Part shown: positions 1 through 9,359 of the stretch, one piece after another | How the letters are laid out: each line of letters opens with the position of its first letter | Numbering within the stretch: position 1 is the first letter of the stretch | Assembly (NCBI GenBank): GCA_024653385.1 | Contig: JANLFZ010000002.1 | Location: 1 to 36,756 of the forward strand | Reading direction: 5' to 3' | Source: Thermoguttaceae bacterium | GTDB taxonomy: Bacteria; Planctomycetota; Planctomycetia; Pirellulales; Thermoguttaceae | Length of the DNA: 36,756 nucleotides | The notes under the pieces: generated by a model | Databases searched by the model: none | Seen by the model: the letters and a program-made list of their open reading frames with translations, nothing else | Told to the model about the DNA's origin: nothing | Position numbers and translations under genes: made by a program

Positions 1-210
1 GCTCATATCGGCCTTGCGCGGCGGCGACGTGGCCACGTCGACCGAGAACAGCTTGGTCTCTTCGAGCAGCTTCTTGAGCACGGGGGTCGTCTCTTTCCAG
101 TTGTGGCCGTTCTGCCCATCGACGATCAGGGCCTTATACGGCGCGGCGGCGGCCACGGCCGCCACGAGGGCCCAGCATCCCAGAGCGATCATCCACGACC
201 TGCGCGTCAT
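1..210 (-). CDS. ThuA-like exported protein. Only the N-terminal 70 codons are present; the gene runs off the left edge.
   Basis: Absent from the ORF track because it is truncated. The reverse complement from ATG (cat at 208-210) reads MTRRSWMIALGCWALVAAVAAAAPYKALIVDGQNGHNWKETTPVLKKLLEETKLFSVDVATSPPRKADMS. This is a signal peptide followed by the 'KxLIVDGQN.H.W..TTP' opening that I associate with ThuA-domain proteins. Confidence 0.5.
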   Translation of the reverse strand, partial: MTRRSWMIALGCWALVAAVAAAAPYKALIVDGQNGHNWKETTPVLKKLLEETKLFSVDVATSPPRKADMS

Positions 211-335
211 CGGCGTTCCTCCATACGTGTACGGGGTCTCGACAAAAAGCCTAATCGACGTGCCCAGTGTAACACGCCGGCCCGGTCCGGAACACCAGCC
301 CCGGCGAAAGACGAGGTTCGTTTTCTTCGCTGTTC

Positions 336-364
336 TTGACTTTCGGCTGCTTGCTTGGTTTACT
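336..364 (+). promoter_or_regulatory. Candidate sigma70-type promoter for the cysteine synthase/CysRS-like gene
   Basis: TTGACT at 336-341, a 17-nt spacer, then TTTACT at 359-364, about 80 nt upstream of ATG 444. It lies in the 233-bp divergent intergenic region. Assignment is by sequence match only. Confidence 0.3.
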
Positions 365-443
365 GGCGCGCTACGGCCCGCGCGGGCGGCGCGCACGAGG
401 ATCGCGCCTGCGCGGGCCATCCCACCCACGTGAGGGCCGCACG

Positions 444-2756
444 ATGCCGCCTCGCAAGGTCAACTCGATTCTCGAACTCATCGGGAACACGCCGCTTATC
501 CGCATCAACCGCCTGAACCCGGAGCCGGGGGTCGAGGTCTTCGTCAAGCTCGAGTCGATGAATCCGGGCGGATCGGTCAAGGACCGCATTGCCCTGCGCA
601 TGATCGAGCAGGCCGAGGCGACGGGCCAGTTGACGCGGGATAAGATCGTCCTGGAGGCCAGCAGCGGCAACACGGCGATCGGGTTGGCCATGGTCTGCGC
701 GGTCAAGGGGTACCGGCTGTTGGTCACGATGAGCGAATCGGCCAGCGAGGAGCGCCGGCGGATTCTGAGGGCCTACGGGGCCCAGATCGTGCTGACGCCG
801 GGCTATCAGGGGACCGACGGGGCGATCGAGGAGGCGTATCGCCTGGCGCGCGAAGAGCCCGACAAGTACATGCTCGTCGACCAGTTCAACAACGACGCCA
901 ATTGGTTGGCGCATTACGAGGGCACGGGCCGGGAGATCGTCGAGGCCACCGAGGGAAAGGTCGATGTGGTGGTGCTCACGATGGGGACGACGGGCACGCT
1001 GATGGGCACGGCCCGGGCGCTGAGGGAACTGGTCCCCACGGTGCGCGTGGTGGGCGTCGAGCCCTACAAGGGGCACAAGATCCAGGGGCTTAAGAACCTC
1101 AAGGAGAGTTATCCTCCCGGCATCTTCAACCCCGAGGTGCCCCACGCCCTGGTGAACGTCGATGACGACTCGGCCTACGAGATGGCCCGGCGTCTGGCCA
1201 GGGAAGAGGGGATCTTCGTGGGCATGAGCGCGGGCGCCGCGATGAAGGTGGCGCTGGACGAGGCCAAGGCGCTTGGCCGCGGCGTGGTGGTGGCCCTTTT
1301 GCCCGACGGCGGCGAGCGGTACTTGTCGACCTCGCTGTTCGCCTCCGAGGTGGTCCCCGAGCCGCTTCATTTCCACAACACGCTTTCCGGCAAGATCGAG
1401 CGGCTCGAGCCGACCAATCCGCGCCGCGTGACGGTGTACTCATGCGGTCCGAGTCTCGACGGCCCGCCCGACTTGGCCTTGTGCCGGAGGCTGGTGTTTT
1501 CGGACGTGCTGCGGCGCTATCTCGAGTGCCGGGGCTATGAAGTCAAGCACGCGATGAATCTCGGCGACATCGACGATCGCGTGGTCAACGAGTGCCTGAA
1601 GACGCAAGGACGCCTGCGCGAGTTCACGGCCCGCTGGGAGAAAGTCTTCTTCGAGGCCCTGGCCACGCTGCGCGTGCGGCGCGCGGAGCACTATCCCCGG
1701 GCGAGCGAGCACGTGGGCGACATGATCGAACTGACCCGCCGGCTCTTGGAAAAAGGACTGGCCTACGAGAAGCTCCGCTCGGTCTACTACCGCATCGACC
1801 GGTTTCCCGAGTACGGCAGGCTCTCGAAGGTTCCGCCCGGGCAGGTGCGAGCCGAGTCGCCCACGCTCTACGACTACTATGAAAAGGACAACCCCCGCGA
1901 CTTCGCCCTTTTCAAGCGTTCGACCCTAGCCGAGCTGAAGGCGGGCATTTTCTGGGACACGCCCTGGGGCAAGGCGAGGCCGGGCTGGCACATCGAGTGC
2001 TCGTGCATGGCGGTGCGCTGCCTCGGCCAGCCGTTCGACATCCATACGGCCAGCACCGACCTGACGTTTCCCCACGGCGACAACGAAATCGCCATTGCTT
2101 GCGGCCTGGCCGGCAAACCGCTGGCAAAGCTCTGGATGCATTGCGAAGTGGTCATGGCCGACGGGAAGAAGGTCAGCCGCGCCGCGGGCAACGACGTGAC
2201 CTTGGAAGACCTGTTGGCCGAGGGGTTCGACGGAGCCACGATCCGCTATTGGCTACTGGCTGCCCATTATCGTACTCCCTTGCACTACCACCGCGCGGAA
2301 CTTCAAAGCGCCCAGCGGTGCGTTGCCCGGCTCAACGAGTTCGCGACCCGACTGCGCCAATTCGAAGGGGGCCGGCACGCCGCGGACCTCGATCAGGCGC
2401 TTTATGAAGCCCGCGCGGGCTGGCAAGAGGCCATGGATCGCGACTTGAACACGCCCACGGCCTTGGGGAGGGTCTTCGCCTTCATCCGCCGGTGCAACCG
2501 GCTCTTGGACCAGCACGGGATGGACTGCCAGCAGTCGCAGCAGGTGCTCGAGTTCCTCGGGCAGGTGAATCGGGTGCTGGCGGTCATCGACACGCCGTCC
2601 GACCAGTCCGATGCCGAGGTGGAACGCCTGGTGGCGGCCCGCAACCAGGCGCGCCGCGCGGGCGATTTCCACCGCGCCGACCTGATCCGCGAGGAGCTTC
2701 GCGCCAAGGGAATCCACCTGATCGACAGTCCCACCGGCACGCGGTGGAGGCGTTAA
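444..2756 (+). CDS. Fusion protein: PLP-dependent cysteine synthase (CysK/CysM type) plus a cysteinyl-tRNA-synthetase-like domain with degenerate HIGH and KMSKS motifs
   Basis: Lies in ORF 336..2756. The first ATG is at 444, preceded by GAGGG at 432-436. The N-terminal half has NPGGSVKDR, SSGNTA, GTTGT, SAGAA and GERYLSTSLF. The C-terminal half (from about nt 1365) is collinear with class-I CysRS: CGP, DIDD, RPGWHIECS, DLTFPHGDNEIA, DLNTP and a C-terminal TGTRWRR. The HIGH position reads DLAL and the KMSKS position reads KVSRA. Confidence 0.85.
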   Translation: MPPRKVNSILELIGNTPLIRINRLNPEPGVEVFVKLESMNPGGSVKDRIALRMIEQAEATGQLTRDKIVLEASSGNTAIGLAMVCAVKGYRLLVTMSESASEERRRILRAYGAQIVLTPGYQGTDGAIEEAYRLAREEPDKYMLVDQFNNDANWLAHYEGTGREIVEATEGKVDVVVLTMGTTGTLMGTARALRELVPTVRVVGVEPYKGHKIQGLKNLKESYPPGIFNPEVPHALVNVDDDSAYEMARRLAREEGIFVGMSAGAAMKVALDEAKALGRGVVVALLPDGGERYLSTSLFASEVVPEPLHFHNTLSGKIERLEPTNPRRVTVYSCGPSLDGPPDLALCRRLVFSDVLRRYLECRGYEVKHAMNLGDIDDRVVNECLKTQGRLREFTARWEKVFFEALATLRVRRAEHYPRASEHVGDMIELTRRLLEKGLAYEKLRSVYYRIDRFPEYGRLSKVPPGQVRAESPTLYDYYEKDNPRDFALFKRSTLAELKAGIFWDTPWGKARPGWHIECSCMAVRCLGQPFDIHTASTDLTFPHGDNEIAIACGLAGKPLAKLWMHCEVVMADGKKVSRAAGNDVTLEDLLAEGFDGATIRYWLLAAHYRTPLHYHRAELQSAQRCVARLNEFATRLRQFEGGRHAADLDQALYEARAGWQEAMDRDLNTPTALGRVFAFIRRCNRLLDQHGMDCQQSQQVLEFLGQVNRVLAVIDTPSDQSDAEVERLVAARNQARRAGDFHRADLIREELRAKGIHLIDSPTGTRWRR

Positions 2757-2836
2757 GCCCCGCGCGCCGTGGCGGCCGGCAGCCCCCGACCACTCGCCGC
2801 GCGGGCGGGAGAGGCCCCGACGAAAACCATCCCACG

Positions 2837-4339
<1,503 letters not shown>

Positions 4340-4355
4340 TCGACGCTTGCGGGGT

Positions 4356-4841
4356 CTACAGCATGGCGCCGGCTTGGGGGTCGACCGCGATGCCGTCGGT
4401 AAGTTCCGCCAGCGCGCCGAGTACCAGGAGCAAGGTACTCGGGTCGAGCATGTCTTCCTCGTCTTCCGAACCGGCATCGGTCAATTGCTCGAAGTGGAGG
4501 ACGTCGAAGCGGGCATCGAAGTCCTTCAGGCGGTTCAGTTTGCGGCGATCGTCGGGACCGAGGTCGGGGGTCTTCATCTCGTGGATGAGGCTCTCGACCT
4601 GTTCGCGCACCTCGTCGCCGCCGATGAAACAGATGTCCAGCGCGGCGAAGTCGTCGGGGGCCAGCACCGTGACCGACTCGAACAGCCCTCGCTCCGCGGC
4701 CACGCCGTTGGCCAACGTGAAGCGGCCCCCCAGCGAAAGCAGCTTCTTCTCGACGGCCTTGAGCCGGGGTCGTTTGGACGACTCGAACAGCACAAAGTAG
4801 GTCTCTCGCCACCGGTACTGGTCGTTCTCGAACATCGACAT
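4356..4841 (-). CDS. Hypothetical acidic protein (161 aa), no family recognised
   Basis: ATG at 4841 is preceded by AAGGGG with a 6-nt spacing, inside a 15-nt gap after the upstream stop. Third codon positions are G/C-rich. The opposite-strand ORF (4347..5237) has an antisense-like R/G/V/L-rich composition. Confidence 0.6.
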   Translation of the reverse strand: MSMFENDQYRWRETYFVLFESSKRPRLKAVEKKLLSLGGRFTLANGVAAERGLFESVTVLAPDDFAALDICFIGGDEVREQVESLIHEMKTPDLGPDDRRKLNRLKDFDARFDVLHFEQLTDAGSEDEEDMLDPSTLLLVLGALAELTDGIAVDPQAGAML

Positions 4842-4856
4842 GGCGATCCCCTTGGG

Positions 4857-5087
4857 CTATTGGTCGTCGTCGGGCGAGGTTTCTCCGGACCACGCCTCCA
4901 GGGCGCGGAGCACCGCGTCGCGCTCCTCGGGGCTGGAGGCCCACACCGATTCGCCGTCCTCCAACCGGACCTCGTAGTTGCCCTCCTGCTGGCAGTCGGG
5001 CGAGCCGCAGAAGTGCGGCAGCGCGGAGACCCAGAGGATGCGGTACAGCGGGACGTATTTGTCGTCGATCAGGCAGAACGTGGGCAT
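4857..5087 (-). CDS. Hypothetical small protein (76 aa) with an HFCGSPDC motif and an acidic tail
   Basis: ATG at 5087, 31 nt downstream of the proC stop. Coding-like composition, but no clear SD and no recognised family. Confidence 0.45.
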   Translation of the reverse strand: MPTFCLIDDKYVPLYRILWVSALPHFCGSPDCQQEGNYEVRLEDGESVWASSPEERDAVLRALEAWSGETSPDDDQ

Positions 5088-5118
5088 GGGTTTGGGTTTC
5101 GAGCCCGAGCGCGCGGGC

Positions 5119-5934
5119 TCAGCTTCCGAGTTCGACGGACCGGCGCGTGGCGGCCTCGACCGCGGCCATCAGGGCGGCGCGCACGGCCCCGGCCTCCAGC
5201 GCCTGAAGCCCCGCGATCGTGGTGCCGCCCGGACTAGCCACCCGGTCCTTGAGCACGCCCGGGTGCTCCCCCCCGAAAAGCACCATTTCGGCCGCCCCGC
5301 GCACGGTCTGGGCCGCCAGGGCGGTGGCCATGGGCCGCGGCAATCCCATGCGCACGCCGCCGTCGCTGAGGGCCTCGATCATCACGTACACGAAGGCCGG
5401 GCCAGAACCCGACAGCCCGGTCACCGCGTCGAGCAATTTCTCTTCCACTTGGAACGCGATCCCGACCGCCTCGAGCATCTGCTGGACGAGCCGGCCATCG
5501 TCGGGGGTCGCATGTTCGCCAAGACAGTAGCCGCAAGCGCCCCGCGAGACCAGACAGGGCGTGTTCGGCATGACGCGAACCAGACGCACACCCGCCCCCA
5601 GCGCTTCGGCCAGGACCGCCAGGCGGACGCCGGCCGCGATGGACACGACCAGTGTCCTAGGCAGAATTGCTCCCCTCAATTGACGTAGCACCCCGAACAT
5701 CTGCTGGGGCTTGACTGCCAGAAAGAGCACCTCGCTCGAGGCAGCCACTTCGAGGTTATCGGCCGTGGTCCGCGCACCGGTGGCGTGTTCGAACCGCGCA
5801 CGTGCCTCGACAAGGGGGTCGCTGGCCACCAATTGCTCGCACGAAGCCAGTCCGGCGCGGACCAGCCCCTGCGCCAAAGCCGTGGCCATCTGCCCGGCAC
5901 CGATGAATCCGATCCTCTGTTGCAACGCGGCCAT
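5119..5934 (-). CDS. proC: Pyrroline-5-carboxylate reductase
   Basis: IGFIGAGQMATALAQG Rossmann motif at the N-terminus and SPGGTTIAGL near the C-terminus. The track start at 5949 is a TTG; the ATG at 5934 is preferred. Confidence 0.9.
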   Translation of the reverse strand: MAALQQRIGFIGAGQMATALAQGLVRAGLASCEQLVASDPLVEARARFEHATGARTTADNLEVAASSEVLFLAVKPQQMFGVLRQLRGAILPRTLVVSIAAGVRLAVLAEALGAGVRLVRVMPNTPCLVSRGACGYCLGEHATPDDGRLVQQMLEAVGIAFQVEEKLLDAVTGLSGSGPAFVYVMIEALSDGGVRMGLPRPMATALAAQTVRGAAEMVLFGGEHPGVLKDRVASPGGTTIAGLQALEAGAVRAALMAAVEAATRRSVELGS

Positions 5935-6037
5935 GCGAGCCGACCCCAAGACCGAGGAACAAGACGTCGACGGCCGTCATGCTACGGCATTCGGGCAGAT
6001 TACACAAGCCAGTCGGACATCGCCCGACGTGACCGAC

Positions 6038-8908
6038 CTATTTCCCCCCGGCAAACAGGTGCGACCAGGCCCGGCGCAGCCGCTCGAGTTCTTTCTCTTG
6101 CTCTTCACTGAAGGAGCCTTGGCGGTGGGCGTAGGTGTCCATCCAGAGCACGAGCCGGTCGAGGCTCGGGGCGTCGAGCTGGACGCCTTCGTGGCCGCCG
6201 GGCTGGGTCAACAAGGCGTAGAGCTTGCTGGTGGCCGCCGTTCCCTGGCCGGGCATCGATCGGTCGCGTTCGAAGGCCTTCTTCTTGAGGTCCTCTCCGC
6301 CGAACGAGATCAGGCTCTGGTAGGACGCCGCCGCGGTCAAATCGAGCGACTGGCCCTTGTTGCCGCTGCCCGGCTTGTGGCAACTCACGCAAGCCTTGTC
6401 AAGAACCGGCTGCACCAACTGGTCGAACCGCAACGGCCACGAGCCGCTCGGGCCGGGAGTAAGCCTGGCGGGTTCGCGCAGCGCCGCCAGCGGGGCCTTG
6501 CCGTACACCGGGGCCGTGTCGCGTGATTCGTGGCAGCCGATGCAAGCCTGCGTCTGCTGGGGCATCACGTAGGTCAAGGTCCGCATGGTCTGGATCGCCA
6601 GGCCCCTTTCGTCGAGCACCTGGAAGAAGACCGGCACGCCCGAGGGCACGCGGAAACATGCCGATCCGTCGGCCTCGATCGGGGCCGTTCCGAGGACGAA
6701 CTTGCCGGGATCCTCGGCCGAGACGCCCAGGACGGGCGAATTCATGTTCGGCTGGACCTTGGGCGGCACCGCGACGATGCGGATCCGCTTGGCCGCCCCG
6801 CGGGGAATGCCCTCCAGCCCTCGGTACACGTCCTGCACGAGGAATCGCCCCTCTTGGCTCCCTTCCCATACCACGGTGTTGGGCAACACCGGGGGACGCT
6901 CGCGCGCCACCACCGGCAGCGGGTACTGGCTGCTGATCGCCGGGTCGCGGTGCAACAGTTCGAGGTTGCCGAAGGCGTCGTAAAGGTACACGCCCATGGC
7001 GTTGGGTGGGTTGCGGTCGTCGGTGCAGATCGTGTGCGGCGGCAGGCGCTTGTCGGCCCAGCCGACCAGGAAGAACTGCTCGGACAGCGGATAGGGATTG
7101 GCGTAGTAGTGGTCGTCCCAGCCCTCGGTCTCGGGGAAGGCCACCTCGGGGGTCAATCGCGTCAGGGGCCGCTCGAACTCGGTCCCCTGCGTGCGGTCCA
7201 GCAGCACGAGCGACCCGCCGGTGATCGAATGGTGCGCGCTGGCCGTGAACACCATCCGGTGGGAGTTGGGCACGGGACGGGCCTCGAACACGCACTGCGG
7301 CCTGACCGTGAAATTGCCGTAGACCAACTGGGCATTCGTGCCGTCGGGGTTCGTCGACCACAGGCTCATGAACGGCCCGTTGAAACGGTCGATGTAGTCC
7401 CATCGGGCGTAGAAGATGCGGCCGTCGCGCCCGACCATGGGCGTCCACTCGAAGTTCTCGAAGGCCGAGATCGGCCGCAGGTTCTTGCCTTGCGCGTCCA
7501 TCACGTGGAGCGTGAAGACTCCGACGGGCCGGTACGCGTCGCCGCCGCAACGCACGTAGCTATCGGGGCACACGGGGTTCGCCTCGGTCGCCGCGGCGCT
7601 GGCGCGCCCGCACTGGATCGCCACCCCTTTGCGCGTCGAAAGGAACACGATCTCGCCGTTGGGAAGATAGCGCGGGTCGAAATCGTCGTAGCGGCCCCGC
7701 GTGATCTGCCGCCGTGAACCGCCGTCGAGATTCATCTCGTAGATGTGGTAGAAACTGTCGTCGGGCAGTTTCTCTTTTTCCAGCTTGTTCCGTACCGCGG
7801 AGACATGCGGATACCAGCGGCAGTAGGCAAACAGCACCCTCTTGCCGTCGTACGAGAGGTCGGGGCCGGCGAAGTTGCCCTCGGGCATGTCGGCCGTCAG
7901 GCAGCGAATCCGCGGGTTGGCGCTCTTGAGTCCTTCGAGCAGGTAGATCCCTCCGCCAGGTCGCGACCACCAGCCGTAGTGCTGGTCGGACATGTGGGGG
8001 AACATGGTCGGTGCCCGCTTGACGAAGAGGATCGTGTCGAAGTTCAGAAGCGGGTTAGATAGGGCCATGCGGCGGACCGCCCAGCGGGCCTGAAAATACA
8101 CCTCTCGCTGTGCGGCCTCGGGGGCGTTGGGGGGCAGGGCCTTGAACTTCGACGCGGCCTGCTCGAGCGCGGCCGCGTCGGCGTCGATCTTGGCGCCCAT
8201 CGCCCGCAGTGCCTCGGCCAGCTTCCTCCCCCGCTCGATGACGGTCGCGGTCGCGTAGGTGCGGGCCTGGACCACCGGCGGGCCATGGCGCACCGACCAC
8301 TGGCTCACGCTGCTCTGGTCGGCCGGTTTGCCTAGGGCGACGTTCTTCTGGCTGTCGCCGACGGCGTAGATCTCGACCTCATCCAGATGGAAGTAGCTCG
8401 TGCCGGGAAGTTGAAGCCGCACATACCGGGCCGTGACGCCGTTGAGCTTGACTTCCAACGGCCTCTTGTCGGTGTGGCCATAGAACACGGTGCCGTTGTT
8501 CTGGTAGACCTTTTGGAAGGTCTTGCCATCGAGCGACACCAGGATCATGAGCCGGTTGTTCCGTTCGGCCAGTTCGCAGCGGTTCCAGAGGAGCACGCGA
8601 TCCAGCACCATGGACGATTCGAGGTCCACCTGCCACCAGGGGTCCGCCTCGTTCTCGGTGTGGAAACCCCACTTGCCGTTCTTCACACCGTCGACACCGC
8701 CGGCCGCGTCCTCCTTGGTCGTCGGGCGGCCCGCCAGACCCGTTTGGCCCGGACGACGGACCTCATCCTGTCGAAGCCAATCGGCCTCGATCTGCTCGGG
8801 AGTGGTGGCAGGGCCTTCGAGCATCGGCTTCGGCGGCTCGGCAGCCAGGACCCACGGTGCCGATGCCAGCGGAACGACCACCCCGAGTAGCATGGCCAAC
8901 CTTCTCAC
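6038..8908 (-). CDS. Exported multidomain protein: F5/8 type C (discoidin) domain, PD40/TolB-like beta-propeller region and a C-terminal region with two CXXCH haem-c motifs
   Basis: GTG start at 8908 lies 6 nt after a strong AAGGAG (8915-8920, minus strand); an alternative ATG is at 8893. Signal peptide MRRLAMLLGVVVPLASAPWVLAAEP. Discoidin-like segment NGKWGFHTENEADPWWQVDL...YVRLQL...HLDEVEIY. Propeller-like repeats DGKRVLFAY, NGEIVFLS and DGRIFYARWD. CIGCH at 6530-6544 and CVSCH at 6377-6391. Confidence 0.8.
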   Translation of the reverse strand: MRRLAMLLGVVVPLASAPWVLAAEPPKPMLEGPATTPEQIEADWLRQDEVRRPGQTGLAGRPTTKEDAAGGVDGVKNGKWGFHTENEADPWWQVDLESSMVLDRVLLWNRCELAERNNRLMILVSLDGKTFQKVYQNNGTVFYGHTDKRPLEVKLNGVTARYVRLQLPGTSYFHLDEVEIYAVGDSQKNVALGKPADQSSVSQWSVRHGPPVVQARTYATATVIERGRKLAEALRAMGAKIDADAAALEQAASKFKALPPNAPEAAQREVYFQARWAVRRMALSNPLLNFDTILFVKRAPTMFPHMSDQHYGWWSRPGGGIYLLEGLKSANPRIRCLTADMPEGNFAGPDLSYDGKRVLFAYCRWYPHVSAVRNKLEKEKLPDDSFYHIYEMNLDGGSRRQITRGRYDDFDPRYLPNGEIVFLSTRKGVAIQCGRASAAATEANPVCPDSYVRCGGDAYRPVGVFTLHVMDAQGKNLRPISAFENFEWTPMVGRDGRIFYARWDYIDRFNGPFMSLWSTNPDGTNAQLVYGNFTVRPQCVFEARPVPNSHRMVFTASAHHSITGGSLVLLDRTQGTEFERPLTRLTPEVAFPETEGWDDHYYANPYPLSEQFFLVGWADKRLPPHTICTDDRNPPNAMGVYLYDAFGNLELLHRDPAISSQYPLPVVARERPPVLPNTVVWEGSQEGRFLVQDVYRGLEGIPRGAAKRIRIVAVPPKVQPNMNSPVLGVSAEDPGKFVLGTAPIEADGSACFRVPSGVPVFFQVLDERGLAIQTMRTLTYVMPQQTQACIGCHESRDTAPVYGKAPLAALREPARLTPGPSGSWPLRFDQLVQPVLDKACVSCHKPGSGNKGQSLDLTAAASYQSLISFGGEDLKKKAFERDRSMPGQGTAATSKLYALLTQPGGHEGVQLDAPSLDRLVLWMDTYAHRQGSFSEEQEKELERLRRAWSHLFAGGK

Positions 8909-9271
8909 ATCAGGCTCCTTATCGCTATGGACACGAAGTGCAGCAGCCTGGCCGTACCCGGGCCGGCGGTCGGCCCCCGGGCTGCGGCCCCCAACCTTCT
9001 GGTTATGCTACACGCACCCCCTGTTGTTTCGCAACCCAGGGATGTGTCCAGCAAGTGGCATGGGGCCCTCCGCCAAACCACACGGCCAGCGCGACTGGGA
9101 CCAAAATGCCCGTGTGCGAAGCGAGGCACCCCTACCAGCGATGCAATAGATTATGCCCGACGGAGGAGGTGGCCGACATCTTGCGTCCAGAAAGAAAACC
9201 CGGTGCCCCGCGCTGATCTCAAGTCACGGTGGGAGGCAAGATAAGGAGGTTGGGGGGAGTTGTTGCGGGAA

Positions 9272-9303
9272 GGACGCCCGATCCGCGGGAGGATCGGGTG
9301 TCC
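9272..9303 (-). terminator. GC-rich hairpin about 57 nt downstream of the lpxI stop; possible terminator
   Basis: GGACGCCCGATCC (9272-9284) pairs with GGATCGGGTGTCC (9291-9303) to give a 13-bp stem with one G:U pair and a 6-nt loop. There is no U-tract, so this is tentative. Confidence 0.3.
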
Positions 9304-9359
9304 TCGTCTCTCTTCTACCTTTCCCTCAATCAGCGCGGGGCCTCCGGGAATGGACGCCA

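Noticed and set aside
14-433. 139-aa plus-strand ORF at the left edge
   Set aside because: It overlaps the N-terminus of the ThuA-like gene on the opposite strand (1..210) and then runs through the divergent promoter region. It has low-complexity composition and no family resemblance.
360-1376. 338-aa minus-strand ORF (and others at 371..727 and 1126..1443) overlapping the cysteine synthase region
   Set aside because: The plus-strand frame carries unmistakable PLP cysteine-synthase motifs. The minus-strand product is R/H/G/L-rich with no recognisable motif. This is a typical antisense shadow ORF in GC-rich DNA.
4347-5237. 296-aa plus-strand ORF covering the two small proC-linked genes
   Set aside because: Its composition (runs of R/G/V/L/A) and lack of an SD look antisense-like. 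The minus-strand ORFs have sensible composition, and one has a well-placed SD. This remains a judgement call without homology searches.
8908-8913. ATGTGA 'start-stop' mini-ORF overlapping the GTG start of the discoidin/di-haem gene
   Set aside because: The ATG (8908-8910, minus strand) is only 4 nt from the SD and is immediately followed by TGA. The overlapping GTG at 8908, with a 6-nt spacing, gives a proper signal peptide. This is most simply a coincidence of the start context.
8909-9359. 451-bp non-coding gap between lpxI and the discoidin/di-haem gene, including an AAGGAGG on the plus strand near 9243 and small ORFs (9151..9363, 9229..9822)
   Set aside because: I looked for tRNA-like cloverleaf arms, SRP/6S/tmRNA-like conserved boxes and a credible small CDS and found none. 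The plus-strand ORF after the SD-like motif runs antisense into lpxI. The region most likely holds only the lpxI terminator hairpin and the promoter and 5' UTR of the downstream gene. A covariance-model scan would settle it.
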